The translations under genes and the position numbers were made by a program. Source: a virus (lineage: Duplodnaviria > Heunggongvirae > Uroviricota > Caudoviricetes). From it: a stretch of 64,000 nucleotides of DNA. Below, piece by piece: positions 47,598-56,823 of the stretch (positions are counted from its first letter, which is position 1; every line of letters starts with the position of its first letter). Location of the stretch: IMG/VR virus record IMGVR_UViG_3300042894_008610, one strand, 5' to 3'. The notes beneath the pieces were generated by a model, which was not told where the DNA came from, did not search any database, and saw nothing but the letters and a program-made list of their open reading frames with translations.

Positions 47598-47879
47598 TTA
47601 AATAATATGTTTTTTGATTATATCAACAGCTTCAGTTAATTCATTATAGTCCCTATCAGGAGTATACATATGAGGAATGGTTTTTTCTTTAGTTTCTTCA
47701 ATAATGAGTAATGCTGGTACAAAATCATTTTCTGTTAATTGTGAAAAGATATCATACTCTTCTTCATACTCATCAATGTCTCTATCAACGAAGTCAATGT
47801 TCTCTTTGACTAACATCTCTTTGAAGTCAGTACAATGAGGACAGCCTTTCATTGTATAAACAATAATTGTTTTACTCAT
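47598..47879 (-). CDS. glutaredoxin-like (NrdH/Grx) protein
   Basis: CPHC active site near the N-terminus (YTMKGCPHCTDFK). Confidence 0.7.
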   Translation of the reverse strand: MSKTIIVYTMKGCPHCTDFKEMLVKENIDFVDRDIDEYEEEYDIFSQLTENDFVPALLIIEETKEKTIPHMYTPDRDYNELTEAVDIIKKHII

Positions 47880-48187
47880 TAGTTCATTAGTATTTCAGTT
47901 AATTCAGGTGTCGGCACAACTCCTGTTCTTGTCATATCAACTACACCATTTTTGAAGAGTTTTAAAGTCGGTACCGCTCTGATTCCCATCTCTGTTCTTA
48001 CGAAGTCGTGGTCTGTGTCAATATCGTATTTGTATACAGGTATTTTTGTTTCATTCTCAGATGTGATTTTCTCAAGTGATGATAACAATACTTTACAAGG
48101 CCCACACCAAGTTGCGTATAAATCTAAGAGGAAACTTTCCTTGTTATTTATTTTTTCTTTCAATTGTTCTGTCGTTAACTGTTCCAT
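47879..48187 (-). CDS. trx: thioredoxin
   Basis: WCGPCK active site. Confidence 0.85.
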   Translation of the reverse strand: MEQLTTEQLKEKINNKESFLLDLYATWCGPCKVLLSSLEKITSENETKIPVYKYDIDTDHDFVRTEMGIRAVPTLKLFKNGVVDMTRTGVVPTPELTEILMN

Positions 48188-48196
48188 ATTCTATAA

Positions 48197-48505
48197 TTAG
48201 TTTTTTTTATTTAAAAGTGACCTTAAATATATTTCCACAACGTTCATTTTTTCAGGTAAGAAATAACACACAATACTAAATCGTGTATTACTATCCCATT
48301 CCTGTACGTGTAGATATATTTGTTCTTTTTTATTCGCCGAGTAAATCATCTCTCTAAGATTATTTGTAGGGTAACTATCCTTTACGTATACCAATTCAAG
48401 CTTGTTGAATTTTTTACCGTCAATATCAACGTTCCCTAAATTAAACTCTGAAAATATAACCCCCTCTTTTTGTTCAATACTTTCAATATACCTCGGTCTT
48501 TCCAT
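48197..48505 (-). CDS. hypothetical protein
   Basis: 102-aa ORF. Confidence 0.45.
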   Translation of the reverse strand: MERPRYIESIEQKEGVIFSEFNLGNVDIDGKKFNKLELVYVKDSYPTNNLREMIYSANKKEQIYLHVQEWDSNTRFSIVCYFLPEKMNVVEIYLRSLLNKKN

Positions 48506-48557
48506 AATATTATTTTACTACAAAATATATGAAAATAAAAAAGGGAGTAAACCTCCC

Positions 48558-48845
48558 TTAATTTAAAAATATCTTACCGAAAGCATTTTCAATAAATTGT
48601 ATTTGTTCTCTGTGTTTTTCTTTGTTCTTCTTAGGTCCACCATTCAACTTCAAACATATATCAATATATTGTGATTGTGTTAAAGTTATTTCTTCACCAC
48701 TATCAAAGTTTTGTTGTGCAACCTTTTCGATTTCTTTGTAAAACTCTTCTTTCTTTTCTAAGGGAACAAGACTTTTTAAATCATCTTCATTAGAATTGAA
48801 AAACTTCTTAACTCCTGCAATGTAAATTTTTACATCAACACTCAT
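48558..48845 (-). CDS. hypothetical protein
   Basis: 95-aa ORF. Confidence 0.45.
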   Translation of the reverse strand: MSVDVKIYIAGVKKFFNSNEDDLKSLVPLEKKEEFYKEIEKVAQQNFDSGEEITLTQSQYIDICLKLNGGPKKNKEKHREQIQFIENAFGKIFLN

Positions 48846-48863
48846 AACAATAAAATTTAATAA

Positions 48864-50198
48864 TTATCTTCTTCCTTCTAACTCTGTGAAGTCATATAGA
48901 CCTGGACCAACCTCGAATGCCACATCAGTGATTTCCTTAGGTAATACTATATTATTTGAACCCATAATATTCATAATCATAATCTCAGGTAAAGTGGCAA
49001 CACACGCAGGTATTGACTTAACCTCAGGACAATTTAGAACTGCAAAATATGCTAATTTTTTAAGTTCACATATCGCATCAGGAACACTAGTTATACACCC
49101 ATCAAATGTAAGCCTATCTAAGTTTGTGAATCTTGAAATTGTATCAGGAATTCTAAATGTAATTGGTGTTCTAGTGTTTCTAGTTGAGATATTAATTTTG
49201 TGTATGTCGTCAGGTAATGAATCAAATAACTCATCCAAACCATACAACCCAATAAACTTACCTACAGAACCAGACTCAAAGTTATCAATAACCAATTCTT
49301 TACCTTGGTGTGTTAAACCTTTAGCAAATTCAGGTTTGAAGTAATCTTTAAGTTCTGCCATAGGACCGTTCAAATACTCAATTAAATTAACACTACGGTC
49401 ATCCTTATCCATAAACTGATTTGATTGGAAATGGAATTGGTATCTTTCTTTTGGTAATCCTGTTGTTGGAGATACATTAGTATCATTTGGATTATAGATA
49501 ACATACAAAGGTCCGTCTTTAATGTATCTATCGAAGTAACTTAAACCAGGTGCTGAAGTACACCAACGAGTCTCTTGTTGATTACCACCGTAAAAACAAG
49601 CGGCTTCTTTACCTCTTTCTCCTTTATCAGATATCTTAATAACTCTCCAATTTTTACCCTCAAATCCAGATTCAGCACCAGGGTGTACTGGCGCAGCCTT
49701 TCTTTCGGCTTTAGTTGTTGTCGCCATAGTTAAGTCAAAGTCCTTAACAGCATCGTATAAAGCTTCAGGTGTTAGTTTATTGATATCCCTCATTTCAAGA
49801 GGTAACTTACCTTTAAACCTTTTAAACTTGGTCAAATCCTCAGTCACTTTGTAAAGGTCTTCCATAAACCTTTCTCTCATAACTTTAACTTCTCTCTCGT
49901 GACCTTGTTCACCTCTTGGGATTTCAGTCTTAACGTTCATATAACTCTTAATTAACCAAGGAGTGTATTCACCAACTTTAACTCGAGATAATTCCTCTTT
50001 TGATGCTCTTTCCAAATCAACATCATTTAAACGAGATGTTGGGTCGGCTTGGATTAATTCGAAGAACTCTTGTTTGCTCAATGGAGCCTTTAAAGGTTTA
50101 CCTTCTTTATCTTTTTTAGGTAATACAAACTTATCCATCAAAACTTCAAGTCTTGATTGTTCCAATATGATTTTCTTAAGTACGTTTGCGAACTTCAT
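48864..50198 (-). CDS. hypothetical protein with C-terminal leucine-rich repeats; N-term MKFANVLKKIILEQSRLEVLM (motif family)
   Basis: LRR-like LxxLxLxxCxxLxxIP repeats in the last ~120 aa. Confidence 0.5.
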   Translation of the reverse strand: MKFANVLKKIILEQSRLEVLMDKFVLPKKDKEGKPLKAPLSKQEFFELIQADPTSRLNDVDLERASKEELSRVKVGEYTPWLIKSYMNVKTEIPRGEQGHEREVKVMRERFMEDLYKVTEDLTKFKRFKGKLPLEMRDINKLTPEALYDAVKDFDLTMATTTKAERKAAPVHPGAESGFEGKNWRVIKISDKGERGKEAACFYGGNQQETRWCTSAPGLSYFDRYIKDGPLYVIYNPNDTNVSPTTGLPKERYQFHFQSNQFMDKDDRSVNLIEYLNGPMAELKDYFKPEFAKGLTHQGKELVIDNFESGSVGKFIGLYGLDELFDSLPDDIHKINISTRNTRTPITFRIPDTISRFTNLDRLTFDGCITSVPDAICELKKLAYFAVLNCPEVKSIPACVATLPEIMIMNIMGSNNIVLPKEITDVAFEVGPGLYDFTELEGRR

Positions 50199-50244
50199 TA
50201 TCTTACAAATTTAATAATAAATATACAATTAACCACAAATTATT

Positions 50245-51084
50245 CTAATAATTCATTATAAGAATCTCTTCCCCCATATTTTGAGTTTTACCTTTGGTTG
50301 CCGCAGCTGCCTTGGCAAAAAGTTTTTTCTCCCATCGATACTTGTCTTCAGGGAACCAAGTATGTAGTAATTCAAAATCATAATAGGATAAACTGAATTT
50401 ACCCTTAACCTCATCTAATACATTTGCCAACCTTTCGTGGTCGTCTCTATCAAAATCGTGATTTGAGTAGTAGTTCTCAGTTTTCCAATATGGTGGGTCC
50501 AAATAAATGTATGTAGTTGGTGAATCATACTTAGCAATTACTTCAGCAAAATCCATATTTTCGACCACACTAATTTTCAAGAAATGTTCCACCCACTCAG
50601 GCTTAGATAACTTATCCCTAAATGTTAGATACTTTGACTTGTATTTACCTTTCAAATCAATGAACGAACTTGTTTCTGGTCTACTCCCACTAAACACTTG
50701 TGTTAGAACATATGCATATTTTGCCGCAATATTATAATCAGGATTATTAATCTCTAACCCGTCCGAAAATAATTCTCTCTGGAACTCCACAAATTGTTCT
50801 TTATAGATTGTAGGAGTTGTCTCCTCTCCAAGTTGTTGACAAGGAATTGAATTAACAGCCTTGAGTAGTTCTTTTGGATTCTTAAGACAAGAAAATAAAT
50901 TGTGATTCAATGGATTAAAGTCGTTGTAAACAACAGTTTTTAAATTAGGGAATTTTTTTAAATCCATATTATAAAAACACCAAAACATTCCTCCGAATGT
51001 TTCAACATACGTTTCCATATCTGTTGGATAGAAATCAACTATCCATTTACCAATCTTACTTTTACCTCCAATATAACTGAGCAT
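50245..51084 (-). CDS. dam: Dam-like DNA N6-adenine methyltransferase (D12 class)
   Basis: N-terminal Y-x-GGK motif (MLSYIGGKSKIGKW), FGGMFW, DPPY (IYLDPPYW); ATG at 51084 preferred over the TTG at 51129. Confidence 0.85.
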   Translation of the reverse strand: MLSYIGGKSKIGKWIVDFYPTDMETYVETFGGMFWCFYNMDLKKFPNLKTVVYNDFNPLNHNLFSCLKNPKELLKAVNSIPCQQLGEETTPTIYKEQFVEFQRELFSDGLEINNPDYNIAAKYAYVLTQVFSGSRPETSSFIDLKGKYKSKYLTFRDKLSKPEWVEHFLKISVVENMDFAEVIAKYDSPTTYIYLDPPYWKTENYYSNHDFDRDDHERLANVLDEVKGKFSLSYYDFELLHTWFPEDKYRWEKKLFAKAAAATKGKTQNMGEEILIMNY

Positions 51085-51236
51085 AGAATTCTTTTTTACA
51101 AAGATAAGAATTAGATTCTTAAAAAGCAACCCCCAATGTTAAGTTTTTTCAAGATATTGATATATGTTAACACAACCTTATACTTATGTTAAGAGAGTGT
51201 TAACACTTTTCATAAACCAAAATAAATTAAAATAAA

Positions 51237-51479
51237 ATGAAAAAGTTTTTATTGGTTTTAATGATGGGTTTATTATTCACACCATCATTCGCTCAAGGCG
51301 GAAAAGGAAAGAAGAAACACAAGACACAACAAAATACAGAAGTTGTGTCAGAAGTGCGACCAATTCATAGACAACGTTGGGTTGAAAGGGATGGTGAGTA
51401 TTATGTCATCGTTTCAAGAACCACAATAAGTAAAGAAGATTATCTAAGACTTAGAGAGCTTCAGAGAAACAATCACTGA
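51237..51479 (+). CDS. small secreted protein (signal peptide MKKFLLVLMMGLLFTPSFAQ)
   Basis: 80-aa plus-strand ORF. Confidence 0.5.
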   Translation: MKKFLLVLMMGLLFTPSFAQGGKGKKKHKTQQNTEVVSEVRPIHRQRWVERDGEYYVIVSRTTISKEDYLRLRELQRNNH

Positions 51480-51774
51480 TAACAGTTTTTGTATGGGCGA
51501 CAAGACGCTTTTTGAGAAAACCCCATCTTGCTACACGGGGTTTTTTTACAATATGATTGACTCCACTTACGAGGTTTTTTGAAATTAGATTTACTTGCCT
51601 CGTTTGTTTGAATATATTCTTTAATAATTGATTTAATTAAATCTCTCATAATAATAAATACTATGGCTTGTCAAGATTGTAAAAAAGGTTCACCAATAAG
51701 ATTAACTAAAAATCAGTGGTTGTCATTGATTGCCGGAGCATATATGGTTAGTGCTACGATATACACCACTTATG

Positions 51775-52710
51775 TTATTTTTCGTTGGCTTCTAAAGTAG
51801 CCTTATCGAACTTAACACTTAATTTAACATACATATACGCCCCGTTGAATCCTTTACCTTTTAATCTCAACGGTACGTTACTATCAAACACTTTAGGTGC
51901 GGCAACTTTCAATTCACCATCGGGATGTGGGATAGTATAATAATCCTCAGTTAAATCTTTATAATCCAATACGAGATTATAAATCAAATCATCCCCCATT
52001 TTTTGAAATCCTTCTGATTCAACAATTTCTATTTTTAAGATTAAATCTCCATACATACCTTGTTGGAAGTCACCCTTTTGGTCCATCTTGAAGAACTGAC
52101 CTTCATCAACCCCTTTAGGTAAGTTTACACTTATACTTTCAAATTTCTTTGTTGTACCAACACCAGAACAATTACTACAGAATCTGGCTAAATTATACCC
52201 TTTACCCTGACATTGTGGACAAGCACTTCTAACTTGTTGTTGGAAGAATCCTGAACCAAGGATTTGAGTGATAGCACCTGTGCCACCACATCCATTACAA
52301 CCAACTCTATCACCACCAGAACCTGAACAACTATTACAAGCAACATCTCTTTGGTAACTTAAGTTTTTAGTAACCCCCTTATAAGATTCTAAAACACTGA
52401 CATCAACCTTTAAAACTTTATCAGGAACTTTTCTATGTCTTGGATTACCTCTCCCCCCATTTTGAAACATCTCTCTAAAAAAGTCCTCAAATTGAGAACC
52501 TGCAAAGGGATTGTTTTGTGAGTTAAGATATGATTCTTTTTTAGACGGATTTGATAATATATCATACGCCTCGGCGATTTCTTTAAACTTTTCAGCACCT
52601 TCAGGGTTTACATCTGGGTGATATTGTTTACTTAATTTCCTATACGCTTTTTTGATTTCATCGTCAGACGCGTTTTCAGAAACACCTAAAATTTCGAAAT
52701 AATTTTTCAT
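51775..52710 (-). CDS. dnaJ: DnaJ (Hsp40) co-chaperone with J domain and CxxCxGxG zinc finger
   Basis: YFEILGVSENASDDEIKKAYRKLSKQYHPD (HPD motif); CNSCSGSG...CNGCGGTG...CPQCQGKG...CSNCSGVG. Confidence 0.85.
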   Translation of the reverse strand: MKNYFEILGVSENASDDEIKKAYRKLSKQYHPDVNPEGAEKFKEIAEAYDILSNPSKKESYLNSQNNPFAGSQFEDFFREMFQNGGRGNPRHRKVPDKVLKVDVSVLESYKGVTKNLSYQRDVACNSCSGSGGDRVGCNGCGGTGAITQILGSGFFQQQVRSACPQCQGKGYNLARFCSNCSGVGTTKKFESISVNLPKGVDEGQFFKMDQKGDFQQGMYGDLILKIEIVESEGFQKMGDDLIYNLVLDYKDLTEDYYTIPHPDGELKVAAPKVFDSNVPLRLKGKGFNGAYMYVKLSVKFDKATLEANEK

Positions 52711-52721
52711 TCAGCTATTAT

Positions 52722-53363
52722 ATGAACTTCTATATTGTATTGTTTAAGGATAAGACTAAGAAAAAGATAATAAAGAAATTTTCTAATTCAAAAAAAGCCG
52801 AGGATTTTTATAACGAAATGTTAAAAGAAAATAAAAGTGTTATTTTTGAAAAGTTATTTGATAACGGGAAACCCTCAAAATACGACATTGGTTTATTGTC
52901 AGATAAAAAACCAAAATCAAATCAAATCTATATTCAAGATGAGATTGGTAGAAATATTAAAGTAACATTTGAGGATGATTCTTTTACCGCAATAAAAATA
53001 TCACCATACAAAGTTGAAGAAACTATATTCGATATTTCCAATAATAAAAAAATATCAATAACCGATTTTGTTTCCTTATTAAAAAAGGACGATAGTTTAA
53101 AAGTTATCTATCCTCTTAACAACAAAATTATATTGCAAAATGATGATAACTTAAAACTATTCTCATTAAAAAGTGAGAGTGAATGTATGAGGTTCATTGA
53201 GTGTTTATCTGAACATATCTACACTCAAAAAAGAAAAGATTGTATGTTTGTGAATGATACTTCCAAACCTCAAAAGAAATATCTAATTAAATTACTTTCA
53301 GAATATGGGTTTGATAAAAAAATGTTATACCGTAAACACACTACTTATCCTCGGTCAACATAA
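52722..53363 (+). CDS. hypothetical protein
   Basis: 213-aa plus-strand ORF. Confidence 0.5.
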   Translation: MNFYIVLFKDKTKKKIIKKFSNSKKAEDFYNEMLKENKSVIFEKLFDNGKPSKYDIGLLSDKKPKSNQIYIQDEIGRNIKVTFEDDSFTAIKISPYKVEETIFDISNNKKISITDFVSLLKKDDSLKVIYPLNNKIILQNDDNLKLFSLKSESECMRFIECLSEHIYTQKRKDCMFVNDTSKPQKKYLIKLLSEYGFDKKMLYRKHTTYPRST

Positions 53364-53571
53364 AATGAAAATCAACCCCTGATATTTCAACAGTAAACTG
53401 GTTGTGATGTCTGTCAATTTCCCTGAATTTTCCAATCATTTTACTATAGTCTTCTTTATTTAATTCAAAAACAACTATTGTGTCACCTTCAGGAAAAAGG
53501 TCAACCAAATAATCAGACAGTAATGCCATCTTTCCTAATTCGTCCAGAGAATTCTCTTTATCTTGCTCCAT
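53341..53571 (-). CDS. hypothetical protein
   Basis: 76-aa ORF. Confidence 0.4.
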   Translation of the reverse strand: MEQDKENSLDELGKMALLSDYLVDLFPEGDTIVVFELNKEDYSKMIGKFREIDRHHNQFTVEISGVDFHFMLTEDK

Positions 53572-53717
53572 AATGTTTCTTTTGGTTTGACGAATAATTC
53601 ATCTTTTTTTAGTTTTTTAAGTTCTTCAGCGAACTTAGTCTTTTCGTTGTTTAACTCGGCTTGGTCTTTATCAATTTCCTTCTTCAGCCAGTTCAACATT
53701 TTCTCCTCGTGGCTCAT
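53535..53717 (-). CDS. hypothetical coiled-coil protein
   Basis: 60-aa ORF. Confidence 0.35.
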   Translation of the reverse strand: MSHEEKMLNWLKKEIDKDQAELNNEKTKFAEELKKLKKDELFVKPKETLWSKIKRILWTN

Positions 53718-54108
53718 CTATAATATCAAGTAATTGTGGTTTATCTCCAAACTCAAATTGTAAGGTCTTTAAAGTGTCTAAATCTCTCTTAGCAAAAGTT
53801 TCTTTAAGTTGTTGTACCGCAAGATTGAATAATTCATCTTTCATTTCACGTTCCTTATTCAATCTAATAACTTTATTGATACCTGTAATTGTTTTCTCAA
53901 AAGATATTTCACTCATTTCACAGACAAAACTAATTCCTTTCATATTTTCCACGCCAGAATCAAATGGAACAATACTACAAATCTCTTGAATTGATTTTGG
54001 TAATCCCCAATTTGAGGGGAAGGCTAAGTCTATAGACATATAAGTCTCAAGTTTTCTCATTGAGACAAAGTAACTCCCGAAGGATTCTATGTGTTGGTAT
54101 AAGTTCAT
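53671..54108 (-). CDS. hypothetical protein
   Basis: 145-aa ORF. Confidence 0.45.
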   Translation of the reverse strand: MNLYQHIESFGSYFVSMRKLETYMSIDLAFPSNWGLPKSIQEICSIVPFDSGVENMKGISFVCEMSEISFEKTITGINKVIRLNKEREMKDELFNLAVQQLKETFAKRDLDTLKTLQFEFGDKPQLLDIIDEPRGENVELAEEGN

Positions 54109-54149
54109 ACTTGTAAAATATAGGTTAAAATATAACTAATAGAAAGCCC

Positions 54150-54200
54150 AAAAAACAATAAGTCCCTGTTAGATAACTTAAGTTCGTTTCCTAACAGGGC
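54150..54200 (-). promoter_or_regulatory. 9-bp inverted repeat CCCTGTTAG-N18-CTAACAGGG followed by a T-rich tract in minus RNA (terminator or operator candidate)
   Basis: read directly at 54164-54172/54191-54199. Confidence 0.35.
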
Positions 54201-54287
54201 CCCTATTAATCTTACGAGGTTCCTTAAACTAACCAATATTGAAAATATAAACACAAATAAAAAAATAGTGTTAATATTCAACATAAC

Positions 54288-54461
54288 TTAGTCTTTTTTA
54301 CTCTCATCCAAAATCTCTACGCGAAGTTGTTGTAACAAAGCTTTCAATTCTTGACAAGTCTTTCTAGCTCTTGTACCGGCACTTTTATTACCTTTGTAGA
54401 ACTTCTCCGTGTCAAACGATAGAGTTTCGGTTAAATCTTTAATTTGCTTCAAAGTTTCCAT
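54288..54461 (-). CDS. small protein (57 aa, METLKQIKDLTETLSFDTEKFYKGNKSAGTRARKTCQELKALLQQLR...; possible DNA-binding)
   Basis: ATG at 54461, TAA at 54290..54288; below the track cut-off. Confidence 0.35.
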   Translation of the reverse strand: METLKQIKDLTETLSFDTEKFYKGNKSAGTRARKTCQELKALLQQLRVEILDESKKD

Positions 54462-54532
54462 TTTCAATTAAAAATAAAATCTGTTTATTTGTTGGTTTAA
54501 TTATAATATAGATTAAACCATAATCAACCCAA

Positions 54533-54997
54533 TTATAAATGAATTACAGAACGATTAAATAGTTTATAAACCTCTGTTAATATATCCAGGTCAGATTTAA
54601 CAAAAGTTTTGTCTAAGTCAAATAAGTCTTTTACAAATAAGTTGATTGATTTTCTGATGTTCTCATCTTTTTGATTATAAAAGCTGTCGTTCATAAACAC
54701 CTTCATATAATCTTTATGTTCACCATCAGAATCTATGAGAATATTTTCCTTTTGGAAGTTTTCTAATATTTTGTTCCAACACCAATTAAAGTGATTTGTT
54801 ATATCTTCTTCAGAAAATTTAATTTTAGTTTCTAATGTGTCGTCACCAAGATATGTTGTTACCACTAATGTGGTTAAAGATTCAACAATATCATTAAATA
54901 ACTCAACCCTTTCAGGTATCATATTATGGATATTAAACCATATCTCAACGTCTTCCTTTGGCACAGGTTGGGTTATCCAATTATAAAAATTCTCCAT
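54533..54997 (-). CDS. hypothetical protein
   Basis: 154-aa ORF. Confidence 0.5.
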   Translation of the reverse strand: MENFYNWITQPVPKEDVEIWFNIHNMIPERVELFNDIVESLTTLVVTTYLGDDTLETKIKFSEEDITNHFNWCWNKILENFQKENILIDSDGEHKDYMKVFMNDSFYNQKDENIRKSINLFVKDLFDLDKTFVKSDLDILTEVYKLFNRSVIHL

Positions 54998-55043
54998 AGT
55001 TTCCTATGGAGAATCATAAAATCAAATTATATTAATTGTAGTG

Positions 55044-56783
55044 TTATTGAGTTTTTTTGTTATAATCAACAAGACTTTTCATTTTTTGAATCTCTTCAGA
55101 AATTAATTTCTCTTGTTTATTTTCTTTACTCTCACCTAATTTTTTGAAGATGTCTTGTGATTTTTTAGCACCTTTCTTAAGTTTCAAATCACCTTGTTCT
55201 GTTGACTCACCAGCTTGGTCCACAGGTTGTGGATATCTCTTATAAGACGCGTTCATTTGTTCTGCACCATAAACATTATCCTCAAAGTTTTTATACATCT
55301 TTTCACCAAGTTCTGATGGAACAACATTACCTAAAGCATTCCCATCTTTGTCAACTTGAGCATTACCCGTTTTAGATGAACCTTTTAAGTTAGCCTCAAT
55401 CCACTCATCATTTGGTTTAATCTCGTCATAAACCAAATTAGTCATACCAGGATATGCAAAATCGTCAATGTATTCCTCAACAGCATCTGAAGCTTTATAA
55501 GCTTTCTTAGGTGTTTCTTTCATTTCACCGTTACCCCTTGGGAATTTCTTAGGTTCCATATCATATTCACCTTCAGAAGCATCTTTTAAATACTCTTTCA
55601 TCTTCTTAACAGTGTCTTTGATGTGTTTGTCATTAACCTCTTTGTTTTTCTTTTCAACCTTATTGAAATCGGGTTCAACTGAAGAACTTTTTTTACTAAT
55701 ATTTGATTGTTCCATTACAATTCTTTCAATTAAATCAATTATTTCATTTTCAGTCAATTTAACACTTTCATTAACTTTAGCTTTACCTTTACCAGGCCAA
55801 TCTTTTTTAGCTCTTTTTGCAAAGTATAATTGACTCATTTTTGTCTTATCAGTATGTGGTACTTTCTTACCATCATCTTTTAATTTCTGAGTCTTGTCTT
55901 TCAATTTTTTGATTGCCTTATCTAAATCATCAATTGTCATATCAGAATATTGACCAGTTTGTTTAACATCAACATTTCCTTTCCACTTTTCAGTAACTTC
56001 ATATTTTTTACCGTCAACAGTAAAACTATCTTTACCTTCTTTCTTAGCCTTTGCTAAAGCCCCTGAGAATGCATTACCTTCTTCAGTCTCTCCTTGTTCA
56101 CCCATTCTTTGTTTTTTTATATCCGAGTAAACACCAATAACTTTAGATGGTCTACCATCAAACTCATCTCTATCTTCTTCACCAATATCCATTCTTTTTT
56201 TACGTAATTTCAATGGTCCCCATTTGTCACGATATGTGTTAAATATTCTTCTACCACTATCACTTTGGTCTCCACTTTGAAACCACCTTTGATTGCCAGC
56301 CTTTTCAGTAAATGAATCATAATCATCAAACTCTTCCTCGTCATAATCAAAATCAAAACCACCAGTGTACTCTCTATCCCTTTCATCAGTCCAATACTCT
56401 TTATCACCTCTGTTTTGACCTAAAAATTTACTTTCATTGAATTCTTTAGCAACTTTCTTTTCGTAATTGTATCCTACATTTTTAACCTTGCCTACTTTTT
56501 TAGGACTATCAGTTTCAAAATCACCGTAAGGTTTAACCCCTTCAATGTCATCATCACCCATAGTGTATTCTTTCATAGGTTTTTTCTTACGTAGAAGTTT
56601 GAAGTCCCCAGCATCTATTTTATTATTCTTGTTCTTGTCTAACTCACTTTGTCTACCGTGTAGTTTTTCAGTGGTTTCAACTTTTTTGGCAATTTCAGAA
56701 ACAATTTGGTCAGCCTTAGCCTCCAAAGCTTCATTTAATGCTTTTTCAACGATGTTGTCAATATATTTTGAAAAATTGTCCAT
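55044..56783 (-). CDS. large Lys/Glu-rich hypothetical protein (possible virion internal protein)
   Basis: 579 aa, low complexity, charged. Confidence 0.5.
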   Translation of the reverse strand: MDNFSKYIDNIVEKALNEALEAKADQIVSEIAKKVETTEKLHGRQSELDKNKNNKIDAGDFKLLRKKKPMKEYTMGDDDIEGVKPYGDFETDSPKKVGKVKNVGYNYEKKVAKEFNESKFLGQNRGDKEYWTDERDREYTGGFDFDYDEEEFDDYDSFTEKAGNQRWFQSGDQSDSGRRIFNTYRDKWGPLKLRKKRMDIGEEDRDEFDGRPSKVIGVYSDIKKQRMGEQGETEEGNAFSGALAKAKKEGKDSFTVDGKKYEVTEKWKGNVDVKQTGQYSDMTIDDLDKAIKKLKDKTQKLKDDGKKVPHTDKTKMSQLYFAKRAKKDWPGKGKAKVNESVKLTENEIIDLIERIVMEQSNISKKSSSVEPDFNKVEKKNKEVNDKHIKDTVKKMKEYLKDASEGEYDMEPKKFPRGNGEMKETPKKAYKASDAVEEYIDDFAYPGMTNLVYDEIKPNDEWIEANLKGSSKTGNAQVDKDGNALGNVVPSELGEKMYKNFEDNVYGAEQMNASYKRYPQPVDQAGESTEQGDLKLKKGAKKSQDIFKKLGESKENKQEKLISEEIQKMKSLVDYNKKTQ

Positions 56784-56823
56784 ACGATTTTTAATTATAA
56801 ATATCCACGATTATGTAATCGTT

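Noticed and set aside
51490-51550. Possible terminator after the small secreted-protein gene (CCCCATCTTGCTACACGGGG + T7)
   Set aside because: The stem is only 4 bp with a 12-nt loop, too weak to call, although the T-run makes it plausible.
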